Positions 53,036 to 62,351 of a stretch of DNA of 64,000 nucleotides are shown here, one piece after another (position 1 is the first letter of the stretch; each line of letters begins with the position of its first letter). Source of the DNA: an uncultured delta proteobacterium (GTDB taxonomy: Bacteria; Desulfobacterota; Desulfobacteria; Desulfobacterales; Desulfosalsimonadaceae); NCBI GenBank assembly GCA_963826785.1, contig CAWGYD010000008.1, positions 160,001 to 224,000 on the forward strand. The letters run 5' to 3'. The position numbers and the translations under genes are program-made. The notes beneath the pieces are model-generated. The model was given only the letters and a program-made list of their open reading frames with translations, was not told where the DNA came from and did no database searches.

Positions 53036-53870
53036 ATGATGAAGTGTCCATTTTGTGCAGAAGAGATAAAAGACGAAGCAATAAAATGCAAACATTGCGG
53101 TGAGTGGTTAGAGGCCAAAGGCGCTCCACAGCAATCAAGGGCTTTTACAGACAGTTCAGTCCAAAATAAACCCCCAGTATTTGAAAAATCAATGAGATAT
53201 GGCGGCAATTCACAGCCTTTGTAGATATTGGCGAAACAATTGAGCAATCGGCAAACCTCCCAGAGAAGTATCTTCCTGAAGAGGTTTTTAAAAAAGAAAA
53301 AATCAATATACCAGACATAATGGAAGCCAAAATGCTCAAGACTAAAAACGGATGGATCCTGCTATACTCAAATCTTCTTTTTAAAGGTTGGGGTTTCTAC
53401 GATATGGTATTTACAAATAATAGAATCGTTTTAGTTGCAACAACACCACGAGAAAAGTTTAATAGTCCATCTGCTGGTATATTTGGCCTCTTTGGGATTA
53501 CGTTATCGGCGGCATTCAAGAAATACCAATAACTAACAAAGGATAAAAAAATTGATCTAAATATTATTGATCAGTTAATTGAAAATAGAGCAGCTATTTA
53601 TATAGAAGTTGACAACATTAAAAAAATGATTATTGCATAAGAAAATTTCTTTTGCGGAAGATTTTTTCGGCGAAAAGCATTTAGAGTGATTATTTCGGGC
53701 AATTTTAACTACAACAAAACGATTCGAATTGGTTTCCTCTGTTTTTTTTCAGAAGGCAACAAGATTAACGAAAGGAAAAAAATGATAGATCAAAATATTA
53801 ACTTCCAGACTATCTTGCGTCAGAGAAAGTGGATGCTGTTTCTGATATTGGAGATACTTTAGCAAAGTTT
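53036..53870 (+). pseudogene. cassette 2: decayed zinc-ribbon protein
   Basis: CPFCAEEI...KCKHCGEWL N-terminus, a frameshift near 53187, and in-frame TAA stops at 53530 and 53638; AT-rich. Confidence 0.7.
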
Positions 53871-53949
53871 TAGCGGTTTATGTGAAGAGAACTAATCTTA
53901 TATTAAGAAATTGAGAAAAATAGGTGACCCCATTCACGGAAATGATTAT

Positions 53950-54021
53950 GCCTAAGCAAATGCACACGGACGCCGGACTCCGCTGCGCTCCGTTTGCTGC
54001 CGGTGATTTGCAACGTTAGGG
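53950..54021 (+). other. attC site 2 (damaged R'' box)
   Basis: GCCTAA-GCAAATGCAC...GTGATTTGC-AACGTTAGGG. Confidence 0.78.
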
Positions 54022-54041
54022 ATCGAGAGAAAGGACATGAC

Positions 54042-54961
54042 ATGCCGCGCTACTGGGTCATGGCTCCCGTTGAGTCGAAGCCGTCAGGTCTGTTCGACGC
54101 AGTATGGCAATTCGACCGTGACCAGAACGTGATATCTATCGGCTGGAGCCAACTTGGCGATATCACGGGCATGACCAGTGAAGAATTGGCCCAGGCTGTC
54201 GCAGCATCATATCCAGACAAGCCGCCACAGACCAAGGGGCTATACACAAACATGTTGTGGGCGTTCTACCACGAGATGCTTCCCGGTGACTACGTGATAG
54301 CACGGCGCGGCCGGAAGACCCTTGCCGGTGTGGGCAGGTTCCCGGACCCGCCGCATACGCGCCGGGCCGGAACTCGCCCGTCAATCATCCGGGGTTCATC
54401 GACGTTGCTTGGCAAGAGCAGCCCCGTGACAAGACGTTTCCCACGATTGTCTTTCCCATGCATACACTGGCGGAGTTTTCGGGGGAGCAATTCCGCAGCA
54501 TTGTAGAGGGCTCTGGCCCTCCCATTGCCCCACCGGGTGACGAACCCGAAGTCGAAGACCCGAGCGAGTTCGTTCTGGAGAAATATCTTGAAGACTTCAT
54601 CGTCAGTAACTTCGCGACGATCTTCAAAGGACACTTGCGGATTTTCGAAGATGCGGAAGGGAACGACGGTCAGCAGTATGCGACCGACATCGGCCCCATC
54701 GACATACTGGCAGTCGATGCACAGTCCAAAGCATTAGTCGTGATTGAGCTGAAGAAGGGACGGCCCTCCGACAGAGTCGTCGGGCAGATCCTACGGTACA
54801 TGGGATGGGTGAAGAGGAATCTGTGTTCTAATGGACAGATGGTGAAGGGGTTGATCATCTGTCGTGACCACGATCCAAAACTGAGCTATGCCCTGGAAAT
54901 GACAAACAACATCGACGTGCGATACTACAATGTGTCGTTCAAATTGAGAGAGAATCCCTAA
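54042..54961 (+). CDS. cassette 3: NucS/DUF91-like PD-(D/E)XK endonuclease with N-terminal sensor-like domain; one frameshift near 54340
   Basis: EKYLEDF, IDILA, IELKKG and VGQILRYMGWV motifs; N-terminal YW...ISIGW...GDYVIA. Confidence 0.8.
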
Positions 54962-55044
54962 CCAGAGCGTGGAGCGCGACTTCGGGCTAGCCGCGCCGCT
55001 ACGCTCTGCGGCCAACCCGAAGCGGCTCACGCTCGACGTTATGC
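54954..55044 (+). other. attC site 3
   Basis: ATCCCTAAC (complement of the cassette start GTTAGGGAT), GAGCGTGGAGC/GCTCACGCTC arms with a bulged base, and GTTATGC. Confidence 0.9.
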
Positions 55045-55069
55045 TAACAAATTTTTACCAGAGGAATAA

Positions 55070-56296
55070 ATGGCAGCAGAAGTTCAGAGCACGATCAAAC
55101 CATTAATTATGCAATTTTTAAATGAGTTAATGAAGAATTATTGGGGACCTCTTTATCATCATATTAAAAATAATTCAGAGTTGATGCTCACAGTTCCAGG
55201 GTTTTTGTTAGATCTTGAGAAAATAATTGTATTTGTCGGAAGAACACATATCGCAGTAGAATATATAGGCTCTGAAGTGTTGCAAGAGCTCAAGTCATTA
55301 GGGGAACTCGAAGTGCAATATCATGATTATTCTGTAAAAGACTGTAATCTCCTTGAGCAAGTCATTGGTTTCGAATATGACTCGACTTCAAACGTTCGAA
55401 TGCAGCTAACACCTGTAAGTGTTGATTATCTTTTCCCGACCAACCGTGGGTGGGATAAACTTTCTGAATTGGGCTGGAATTTTGCAGCACAAAATAGCGT
55501 CATGGGATTCAATATACCTTGTCCAGAACCTATTCCAGGTAAGTTTCATAGAATTGTTAATGGAATGTTTTTTGACGCTGATGAATCGGGGTTGAAATCA
55601 AGGCATATTAAATGGTTAGACTTTTTTCCTATCCTGTTTGATGGGAGTGATACAGAGTTTGATACCATCTCTTTTAGCTTAGAAAAAATAAAAAATTTAG
55701 TAGAGCAAGATGCAAATTACCAATATCCACTTCCTGATGACTATAAGTTCAAACAACTACCAAAGATAAATCGTTTTTTAGAATTATGGGGAAATTCCAA
55801 TAGCACAGAAACGGATATCACTACTTTTTTGGCAAAAGAAGAGAATGAATTTATCCTAACCATGAAATTCGGGGCAAAAGAAATTTATCCTGAGTTGACC
55901 TGTGAATGGCAGAGCACTGAAAGGGATGACATAAGGCCAGATTTCTTTGTTGTGCAGCCAAATGGTTATGCTGACATCGTTGAATTCAAACTTCCCAATA
56001 TTAATAAAAATTTTATCGTTGGAAGTAAAAACAGGGAAACTTTTTCTGCATGGCTAAATTCATATATATCTCAGACGCGTGTTTATAGAACTTATTTCGA
56101 TGACCCGAATAATAGAAAATGGTTCGAAGATAAATATGGCTTTAAAGTTCACAACCCGCGCCGATGGCTTGTGGTAGGCCGCAGAAATGATTTTGACTCT
56201 GACATATGGAGGGAAATCATAGCAGATTATAAAGACATAGAGATATTAACTTTTGATGATTTAATCGATGGTGTAGTTGTTCAATTTTACAAGTAA
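55070..56296 (+). CDS. cassette 4: Shedu (DUF4263)-like nuclease
   Basis: C-terminal RPDFF...IVEFK.P, QTRVY (QxxxY), VVGRR and LTFDDL motifs; AT-rich; GAGG RBS. Confidence 0.8.
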   Translation: MAAEVQSTIKPLIMQFLNELMKNYWGPLYHHIKNNSELMLTVPGFLLDLEKIIVFVGRTHIAVEYIGSEVLQELKSLGELEVQYHDYSVKDCNLLEQVIGFEYDSTSNVRMQLTPVSVDYLFPTNRGWDKLSELGWNFAAQNSVMGFNIPCPEPIPGKFHRIVNGMFFDADESGLKSRHIKWLDFFPILFDGSDTEFDTISFSLEKIKNLVEQDANYQYPLPDDYKFKQLPKINRFLELWGNSNSTETDITTFLAKEENEFILTMKFGAKEIYPELTCEWQSTERDDIRPDFFVVQPNGYADIVEFKLPNINKNFIVGSKNRETFSAWLNSYISQTRVYRTYFDDPNNRKWFEDKYGFKVHNPRRWLVVGRRNDFDSDIWREIIADYKDIEILTFDDLIDGVVVQFYK

Positions 56297-56314
56297 TCAA
56301 TTTATAAATATTTT

Positions 56315-56402
56315 GCATAACCTGCGGCTCCACGCGACCGCGGGCCAGCGCAGTCATTTATCATAGGGCATAGGCGCGGTCGCGTGAGCCTATGCGTTGG
56401 CA
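56315..56402 (+). other. attC site 4
   Basis: GCATAAC, GGCTCCACGCGACCGCG/CGCGGTCGCGTGAGCC arms with a bulge, and GTTGGCA. Confidence 0.9.
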
Positions 56403-56445
56403 AGCAATCAATGATGACAACATGCATATAAAAAAGAGGCTGAAC

Positions 56446-57423
56446 ATGGATAATAATATACCGTTTCGCGACTTAGGGGATAAACTTCTTTCATTGCCTG
56501 AGCGTGGGGCTGTTACAAACTACGAGTTGGTTCACCTTTTGGAAACAAGTATGCCAAACGTGTCGAATGCATGGACGCATGTGGTTCCGGCACTGGCCAA
56601 GTATGCCAAGCATGAAGGTAAACGAAGCCTTTTGGGGCACGATAAAGGAGAGACTGCATATCGAGAATTGGAAGAGAAGCTTTATCTTGTGATTTTGGGT
56701 CTCTATGGAGATAATCTGCTATCTCAAGGAGCAAACATCAAGGAATGTCTATTGACCTTACTCCGTTCACTTGTCTCATTCAAAGAAGCTTATCCAAATT
56801 GGGGCGACGCCTATTCTGCTGGTTATAGGGTGTTCGTGGAAGGAAAAGATGAGATAAGTTCCATTTTGGATCGGCACCAATGTGCCGTGGAGGCCAAACT
56901 CTTCAAATTACGCAAGCCAGTTAAAGAATTATCCAGAAAGACACTTTTGGAAAAGGCTCAGGATGCTCCGATTTCGTTACGTATTTTAATGGATAGCTTA
57001 CAGAACAGACTTGAACGAGACTATCATCAGGTTCTCCTTCTGCGCAGATGGGATACTTTCTCGTTCGCTGGCACGGTTGCAGGTTGTGTTGGCCTTGCGT
57101 TACGGCTGCACTTTGACGTTCCTGAACGGGAAAGGACTTCTATTGAACTGGCGATGAGAGACGTGCTTCAAAAAAGGTTCCCAGAAGCTGAGCAGGTATA
57201 TGGGGATTGCAATAGATTTTTGACTGAGAGCCTTGCGGAGATCCCTCGAGCAGAACGCGGGAAACACTTATTCGTCCTGCTTGGGCTTTGGGTTTTTGCC
57301 ACCGTAGCCGACGGAGAGACGGTGGAGAAAGAAGAATGGATTGTGGGGCAAATAGCCGAAATGCTTCAGAATGAAACTATTGGATTTTGGAAACAACCTT
57401 ATCCATCTTATTCAGATGCATGA
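56446..57423 (+). CDS. cassette 5: hypothetical protein
   Basis: 325-aa ORF with GAGG RBS between attC4 and attC5; no recognisable motif. Confidence 0.8.
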   Translation: MDNNIPFRDLGDKLLSLPERGAVTNYELVHLLETSMPNVSNAWTHVVPALAKYAKHEGKRSLLGHDKGETAYRELEEKLYLVILGLYGDNLLSQGANIKECLLTLLRSLVSFKEAYPNWGDAYSAGYRVFVEGKDEISSILDRHQCAVEAKLFKLRKPVKELSRKTLLEKAQDAPISLRILMDSLQNRLERDYHQVLLLRRWDTFSFAGTVAGCVGLALRLHFDVPERERTSIELAMRDVLQKRFPEAEQVYGDCNRFLTESLAEIPRAERGKHLFVLLGLWVFATVADGETVEKEEWIVGQIAEMLQNETIGFWKQPYPSYSDA

Positions 57424-57426
57424 AAT

Positions 57427-57500
57427 GCCCAACAAGGCAAATTAACTCGGATGCAAACTCCGCTGCACTCCATTTGCACCGGTTATTTGCGACGTTATCA
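57427..57500 (+). other. attC site 5
   Basis: GCCCAAC, GCAAATTAAC/GTTATTTGC arms, TGCAAA/TTTGCA inner stem, and GTTATCA. Confidence 0.85.
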
Positions 57501-57547
57501 AAGAGGAATAGGCATGTAATCAAGTATATCTGAAAGTGAAAATCAGA

Positions 57548-57869
57548 TTGAAAATCTTGATTTCCGCATACGAACAGGCGGAGTTGATAAGGAAGCTGAT
57601 TGCCGGAAGAGTTGCCGTTTTCTCCAACATCCCTGTCCGTTTTAAAGGAAATCATGTTCATCAAGCAGACTGGCCGCGGGATTTTATACGGCAAGACAGG
57701 ATCGGGGGCCGATGATCACGGGGCTTTCGTCCTGGGATGGTTTGTCGGCTTCGTCATCAGCAATGACGATGCATATTCTTTCGCGTGCATTGCGGAAGGA
57801 GAAAATGTCATGGGCACGGACGTCCGCGGCATGGTTGAAATTATTCTGGAGAAACAGGGATTCCTGTAG
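57548..57869 (+). pseudogene. cassette 6: C-terminal remnant of a class D beta-lactamase-like gene
   Basis: ISAYEQAELIRKL (other frame), then LPFS, LYGKTG and GWFVGFV; no SxxK or SxV half. Confidence 0.75.
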
Positions 57870-57878
57870 CAGATCAAT

Positions 57879-57936
57879 GCCGAACAGGCCGGACGCATGC
57901 GACGGAATACAGCCGCGCGCGGCATTCCATTAGGTG
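57879..57936 (+). other. degenerate attC-like site 6
   Basis: GCCGAAC...CCATTAGGT at a gene boundary; weak arms and a mutated GTT core. Confidence 0.35.
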
Positions 57937-57946
57937 AGTTGACTTC

Positions 57947-59002
57947 ATGAAATTGCAAGATCTGGGTTTCGACCCTTGGTTTGAGCCATACATCAGCGAG
58001 CTGCAGCAGGCGGGGCGCGGCATTGCCCGCATATCGGCGGTTGACCGCGGGTCATACCGCATCAGAAATGAAGCCGCAGAAGTTTCGGCCGAACTCGCGG
58101 GGAGGCTTTCTTACCAGGCTGAAAGCCCCGCCGACCTGCCATGCGTCGGAGACTGGGTGACGGTGCAGTATTATAATGATGACACGGAGGCGATCATCCA
58201 CGGGGTGTTTCCGCGAAAGACGTTTCTTCGCCGCAAGACCGCCGGTCAGAATGTCGAGTTTCAGATGATTGCAGCCAACATCGACACGGCGTTTATCGTT
58301 CAGTCCTGCCATTTCGACTTCAATCCGCGGCGGATGGACCGCTACCTGGTGATGGCAGCCGATGGAAAAGTCGAGCCGATCGTCATCCTCACCAAGACGG
58401 ATTTGATCAGCCGTGAAGAACTGGAACAGAAGCTTGCCATCACCCGGTCAACCGCGATGACGGCCAGCGTCATTGCGCTGAGCAGCCTCAGCGGTGACGG
58501 GTTTGACGAGTTTAAGGGGATGCTCGCCCCGGGAAAGACCTATTGCCTGCTGGGTTCATCGGGCGTCGGGAAGACCACGCTCATCAACCGCCTGATCGGC
58601 CAGGATGCTTTTGACACAAAGGCCGTCAGCGCAACGGGAGAAGGCACCCACACGACGTCGCGCCGGCAGCTCATCGTACTTGGCCAGGGCGCCATGTTGG
58701 TGGATACGCCCGGAATGCGGGAACTGGGGCTTTTGGGCGCCGGAGACGGGGTCGATCAGGGCTTTGAAGATATTCTCCTGCTTTCCCAAAACTGCCGCTA
58801 TACCAATTGCAGCCATGAACACGCGTCCGGCTGTGCAGTGCAGGCTGCGGTAAAAAGCGGTGAATTGAATGAAGATCGTTACGCCAGCTACATGAAGCTC
58901 AAGAAGGAATCCGATTTTCACGAGATGTCTTACCTGGACAAACGCAAGAAGGACAAAGCATTCGGACGTTTCATTAAATCGGTCAAAAAGCAGATAAAAT
59001 AA
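57947..59002 (+). CDS. rsgA: ribosome small subunit-dependent GTPase A
   Basis: VGDWV, TKTD, GSSGVGKTT, HTT, DTPG and CRYTNCSH...GC motifs. Confidence 0.92.
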   Translation: MKLQDLGFDPWFEPYISELQQAGRGIARISAVDRGSYRIRNEAAEVSAELAGRLSYQAESPADLPCVGDWVTVQYYNDDTEAIIHGVFPRKTFLRRKTAGQNVEFQMIAANIDTAFIVQSCHFDFNPRRMDRYLVMAADGKVEPIVILTKTDLISREELEQKLAITRSTAMTASVIALSSLSGDGFDEFKGMLAPGKTYCLLGSSGVGKTTLINRLIGQDAFDTKAVSATGEGTHTTSRRQLIVLGQGAMLVDTPGMRELGLLGAGDGVDQGFEDILLLSQNCRYTNCSHEHASGCAVQAAVKSGELNEDRYASYMKLKKESDFHEMSYLDKRKKDKAFGRFIKSVKKQIK

Positions 59003-59106
59003 GGGATCGACCCTGATTTTGGCATGGGGGCATGCCTGGATGACTTTTAAGGACTTAACTTCGGCAATCAGAGTAAGCGACTTTTTTTTTGTTATCCGCA
59101 GGTCCG

Positions 59107-59466
59107 ACACCCCCCTTGGTCCCCCCTCGCAGGGGGGAATGGCATTCGTATTCCGCAAAGGTGGACAGTGATTCCCTTGGTTCCCTTGGCAGGGGGGAAT
59201 AAAAATGGCGGTCCCCCTGGAGGCGGGCGGTCGGACACCCCCCTGCGCCCCCCTCAAGGGGGGAATGAGGGAAGGGCTGCCCCCCTCGATCGCTTTTCTA
59301 TCCCCCCTCGATCGCTTTCTCTATCCCCCCTCGATCGCTTTTCTATCCCCCCTCGATCGCTTTTCTATCCTTCCTCGATCGCTTTTCTATCCTTCCTCGA
59401 TCGCTTTTATCCTTCCTCGAGAATACGCTTTCCAATTCCCCCCTCGAGGGGGGCCAGGGGGGTGTA
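59107..59466. repeat. REP/MITE-like family B cluster with an internal ~21-bp tandem repeat
   Basis: ACACCCCCCTGCGCCCCCCTCAAGGGGGGA identical to the 44551 copy; six CCTCGATCGCTTT-based units at 59281-59420; closing CAATTCCCCCCTCGAGGGGGGCCAGGGGGGTGT. Confidence 0.88.
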
Positions 59467-59600
59467 CTGGCGGCGGCCGTTAGGATTAAAAAGTTGTTTA
59501 CTGCAAAAGCACCGCGCAGCGGGGTGGAGCGCTTCTAAAAAAGCGCGGATCGGTAAATTCCATTATACGGACAGACGATCTTGCCCCATCACGGGTACCC

Positions 59601-59629
59601 TTGACACCCGCGCCTTCCCAGACTAAAGT
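59601..59629 (+). promoter_or_regulatory. putative sigma70 promoter of nhaA
   Basis: TTGACA-N17-TAAAGT. Confidence 0.6.
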
Positions 59630-59637
59630 ATAGGCTT

Positions 59638-61005
59638 ATGAGCGGCATAACGGATATCTATAAACTAATCGCATCGAAAGTAATGGGGCTGTTTTCGGAA
59701 CAGCTTTTAAAGCCTGCCCAGCGGTTTTTCTCCCATGAGGCCATGAGCAGTGTCCTGCTGCTGGCTGCCGCAACTGCAGCCATACTCCTTGCCAATTCCC
59801 AGTGGCGCACGGCCTACGAGCATCTCATCCACACGGAAATATCCTTTGGCCTGGGCACCATCCAAATCACCAAATCCCTGTTTCACTGGGTAAATGACGG
59901 GCTGATGGCCCTGTTCTTCTTCACGGTGGGACTGGAAATCAAGCGCGAGATGATGGTGGGTGAGCTCTCTTCATTCAGGCGGGCGATTTTCCCGGCTGTG
60001 GCCGCCATAGGGGGGATGATTGTCCCCGCCGTTATCTACGGGGCGTTTACCCACGGCACCCCGTACACCGACGGCTGGGGAATCCCGATGGCCACCGATA
60101 TCGCCTTTGCGCTCGGGGCGGTGGCGGTTTTCGGAAAGCGGCTTCCGGCCGGGCTGCGGGTCTTTCTTGCCGCATTCGCCATTGCCGACGACATGGGGGC
60201 GGTCATGGTGATCGCTCTTTTTTACACCAAGACCATTGTCTGGATGAACCTGCTGATCTGCATCGGGTTCATCGTGATTCTTGCCATCGTCAACCTGTTG
60301 TGGGTGCGCCATACGCTCATCTATGCGCTGCTGGGTCTCGGGGTGTGGATTTCGGTGCTCGGTTCCGGCGTACACCCCACGGTGGCCGGGGTGATCGTCT
60401 CTTTGTTCATCCCCGCCCGGGGCAAGCTCGATACCGACCTGTTCATTAAAAACATACGTAGCCATCTGGATGCCTTCGAATGCGAAGAGCAGAGCTGCGG
60501 CTTTTCCATCCTGCTCAACAACAATCACCTTAACGCGGTTCAGTCCATCGAGATTGATTGCCACAACGTGGAAACCCCCCTCCAGCGGCTCGAACACGCC
60601 CTCCACCCATGGGTGGCGTTTGTTATCCTTCCCCTGTTTGCCTTCTGTAATTCCGGGCTCGATTTTCACGGACTGAGTTTATCCGCAATGATCCTTCATC
60701 CGGTCACCCTGGGTGTGATTACCGGGCTGGTTGTCGGCAAGCCCATAGGGATCCTGCTGTTTGCCTTCCTGGCCGTCAAGACCGGCCTGGCCGCCCTGCC
60801 CCGCGGCATCCGGTGGGGGCACATCTTCGGCGCGTCCCTGCTGGGCGGCATCGGCTTTACCATGTCGCTGTTTATATCGGAACTTTCCTTTTCCGCCATC
60901 GAACTGCTGGATCATGCCAAATTCGGGATATTTGCCGGCTCCATTCTGGCGGCAACCCTCGGGATCGGCTATTTGTATTTCGAATCCGTCAGGGAAAGGA
61001 CATAA
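59638..61005 (+). CDS. nhaA: Na+/H+ antiporter NhaA
   Basis: WVNDGLM, GLEIKRE, PMATDIAF, AIADD, GKPIG and GIGFTMSLFI motifs. Confidence 0.95.
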   Translation: MSGITDIYKLIASKVMGLFSEQLLKPAQRFFSHEAMSSVLLLAAATAAILLANSQWRTAYEHLIHTEISFGLGTIQITKSLFHWVNDGLMALFFFTVGLEIKREMMVGELSSFRRAIFPAVAAIGGMIVPAVIYGAFTHGTPYTDGWGIPMATDIAFALGAVAVFGKRLPAGLRVFLAAFAIADDMGAVMVIALFYTKTIVWMNLLICIGFIVILAIVNLLWVRHTLIYALLGLGVWISVLGSGVHPTVAGVIVSLFIPARGKLDTDLFIKNIRSHLDAFECEEQSCGFSILLNNNHLNAVQSIEIDCHNVETPLQRLEHALHPWVAFVILPLFAFCNSGLDFHGLSLSAMILHPVTLGVITGLVVGKPIGILLFAFLAVKTGLAALPRGIRWGHIFGASLLGGIGFTMSLFISELSFSAIELLDHAKFGIFAGSILAATLGIGYLYFESVRERT

Positions 61006-61067
61006 AGCGGATTATACGGGTTTTTGGGGAGGATGCCGGTCCTTGCAGATCACAGCATGTGCCCCCT

Positions 61068-62147
61068 TTAGTTTCGTCCGTAAATATGGGGTCGTTTGAA
61101 GCGGAAAAAATCTTCCTTTTCCTCGAGTTCAATGGTTTTGGCTTCATCCTGGAAATATTTCGCCCTGAGCGCCTGGAGCTGTTCCTCCTGCTGCGCTCCT
61201 TCGAATTGAGATGCGATTGCTTCACGCTCCTGCATGTACTTCAAGCCGGTTTCCCATCGCCGGCTGCGATCCGCGTCCAGTACCTCCATGTTTTCAATTT
61301 CTTCTTCTGAAAACCCCATCTCCCTGCGGACCTGGTTGATTTTAAACTGGCGCTGCTCCGGGCTCAATGCGGTAAGTTCTTCCTGGACCGAATCGATGCT
61401 GAAAAAAACTTTGGCCAGCATGAAGTGCTGATCCAGTACATGGGCATCGGCTGAATTTTCATACGTCTGGCGAAGCGCATCCTGATACATATCGAGTTTC
61501 TCCTCGATGGTCATGTCCCGGGATTCACCCAGAACCGACATGATGTCCTGCATGGCCCCGGTTCTGGCTTCCGTGGCCAGAAGCTCTCCGGTCCATATTT
61601 CCTCCGCATCTTCGCCGAACAGCTCATGACGTTTTTCCCACAGGGCGTTTAATCGCTCCAGGGCGGTCATAGAGGCTAAAAACCCTTCATTATCTGCCAG
61701 CCAGCGCTCATATTCTTCCAACTTATCAATGGTTGCCATGATTTGATCGGCCAGATCCGGAAAAGCGCGCTTGAGAATCATATAGAATTTTGCCCTTCCA
61801 TCTTCTCCGGGGAATAAAGAGCTGACGTATTTTTTTACATCCAGAAGCGCGGCCTGGGTGCTGATGCTGGATATGGTTTTACCGTAATTTCGCTGCAGTT
61901 CCAGGACAAGCCGGTCTTCAATCGATGCATTGGGCATTTCCGGTTTCATCGGCGTTGTTTCCGCATCATCGTATCCAACAGGCAGCACCGGGGAAGCGGC
62001 CACCCGGGATGGGGTCGACTGGACAGGCATAATGGCGGTCATATCCTGCTCCGGTTCGGATAAGATGAAACAGGCCAAACCGATCACCATTGCCAATACG
62101 ATGCCAATGATCCCTGAGATGATTTTATTGCCGCGGCTGATCTTCAT
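61068..62147 (-). CDS. membrane-anchored helical protein, lipase-chaperone (Lif)-like
   Basis: N-terminal TM segment, Pro-rich linker, R.ELFGEDAE and RW....YMQERE...EQLQALRAKYF. Confidence 0.6.
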   Translation of the reverse strand: MKISRGNKIISGIIGIVLAMVIGLACFILSEPEQDMTAIMPVQSTPSRVAASPVLPVGYDDAETTPMKPEMPNASIEDRLVLELQRNYGKTISSISTQAALLDVKKYVSSLFPGEDGRAKFYMILKRAFPDLADQIMATIDKLEEYERWLADNEGFLASMTALERLNALWEKRHELFGEDAEEIWTGELLATEARTGAMQDIMSVLGESRDMTIEEKLDMYQDALRQTYENSADAHVLDQHFMLAKVFFSIDSVQEELTALSPEQRQFKINQVRREMGFSEEEIENMEVLDADRSRRWETGLKYMQEREAIASQFEGAQQEEQLQALRAKYFQDEAKTIELEEKEDFFRFKRPHIYGRN

Positions 62148-62256
62148 GTGCAACTCCGTGTATACTGCATTTTTTTTGCCGTTGACCCGATCCTGAGTAT
62201 TGAAACCCGTTTTTAGACAAATAGCCGGAGAACGATATTTCATCAATCATCAAATC

Positions 62257-62296
62257 AAAAAAAACCCTCATCCAAAAGGAGCTTTTTGGATGAGGG
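62257..62296 (-). terminator. rho-independent terminator
   Basis: 13-bp stem CCCTCATCCAAAA/TTTTGGATGAGGG followed by T8 on the minus strand. Confidence 0.8.
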
Positions 62297-62351
62297 CATG
62301 TTGCGCTTGTATTCGGGCGTTTTGGGGTGAAAATCGACGCCCCTGAAATAA

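Noticed and set aside
53520..53645. Stop-codon recoding in cassette 2
   Set aside because: The stops are TAA and accompany a frameshift and a damaged attC, so decay is the simpler explanation.
57548..57869. Functional beta-lactam resistance gene
   Set aside because: The signal peptide and the SxxK/SxV motifs are absent, and the remnant is frameshifted.
59281..59420. CRISPR array
   Set aside because: The units are directly adjacent with no unique spacers, and there are no cas genes in the window.
59168..59626. 152-aa ORF, and overlapping ORFs 59205 and 58556
   Set aside because: They are translations of the repeat cluster (LDRFSIPPRS repeats) or antisense to rsgA.
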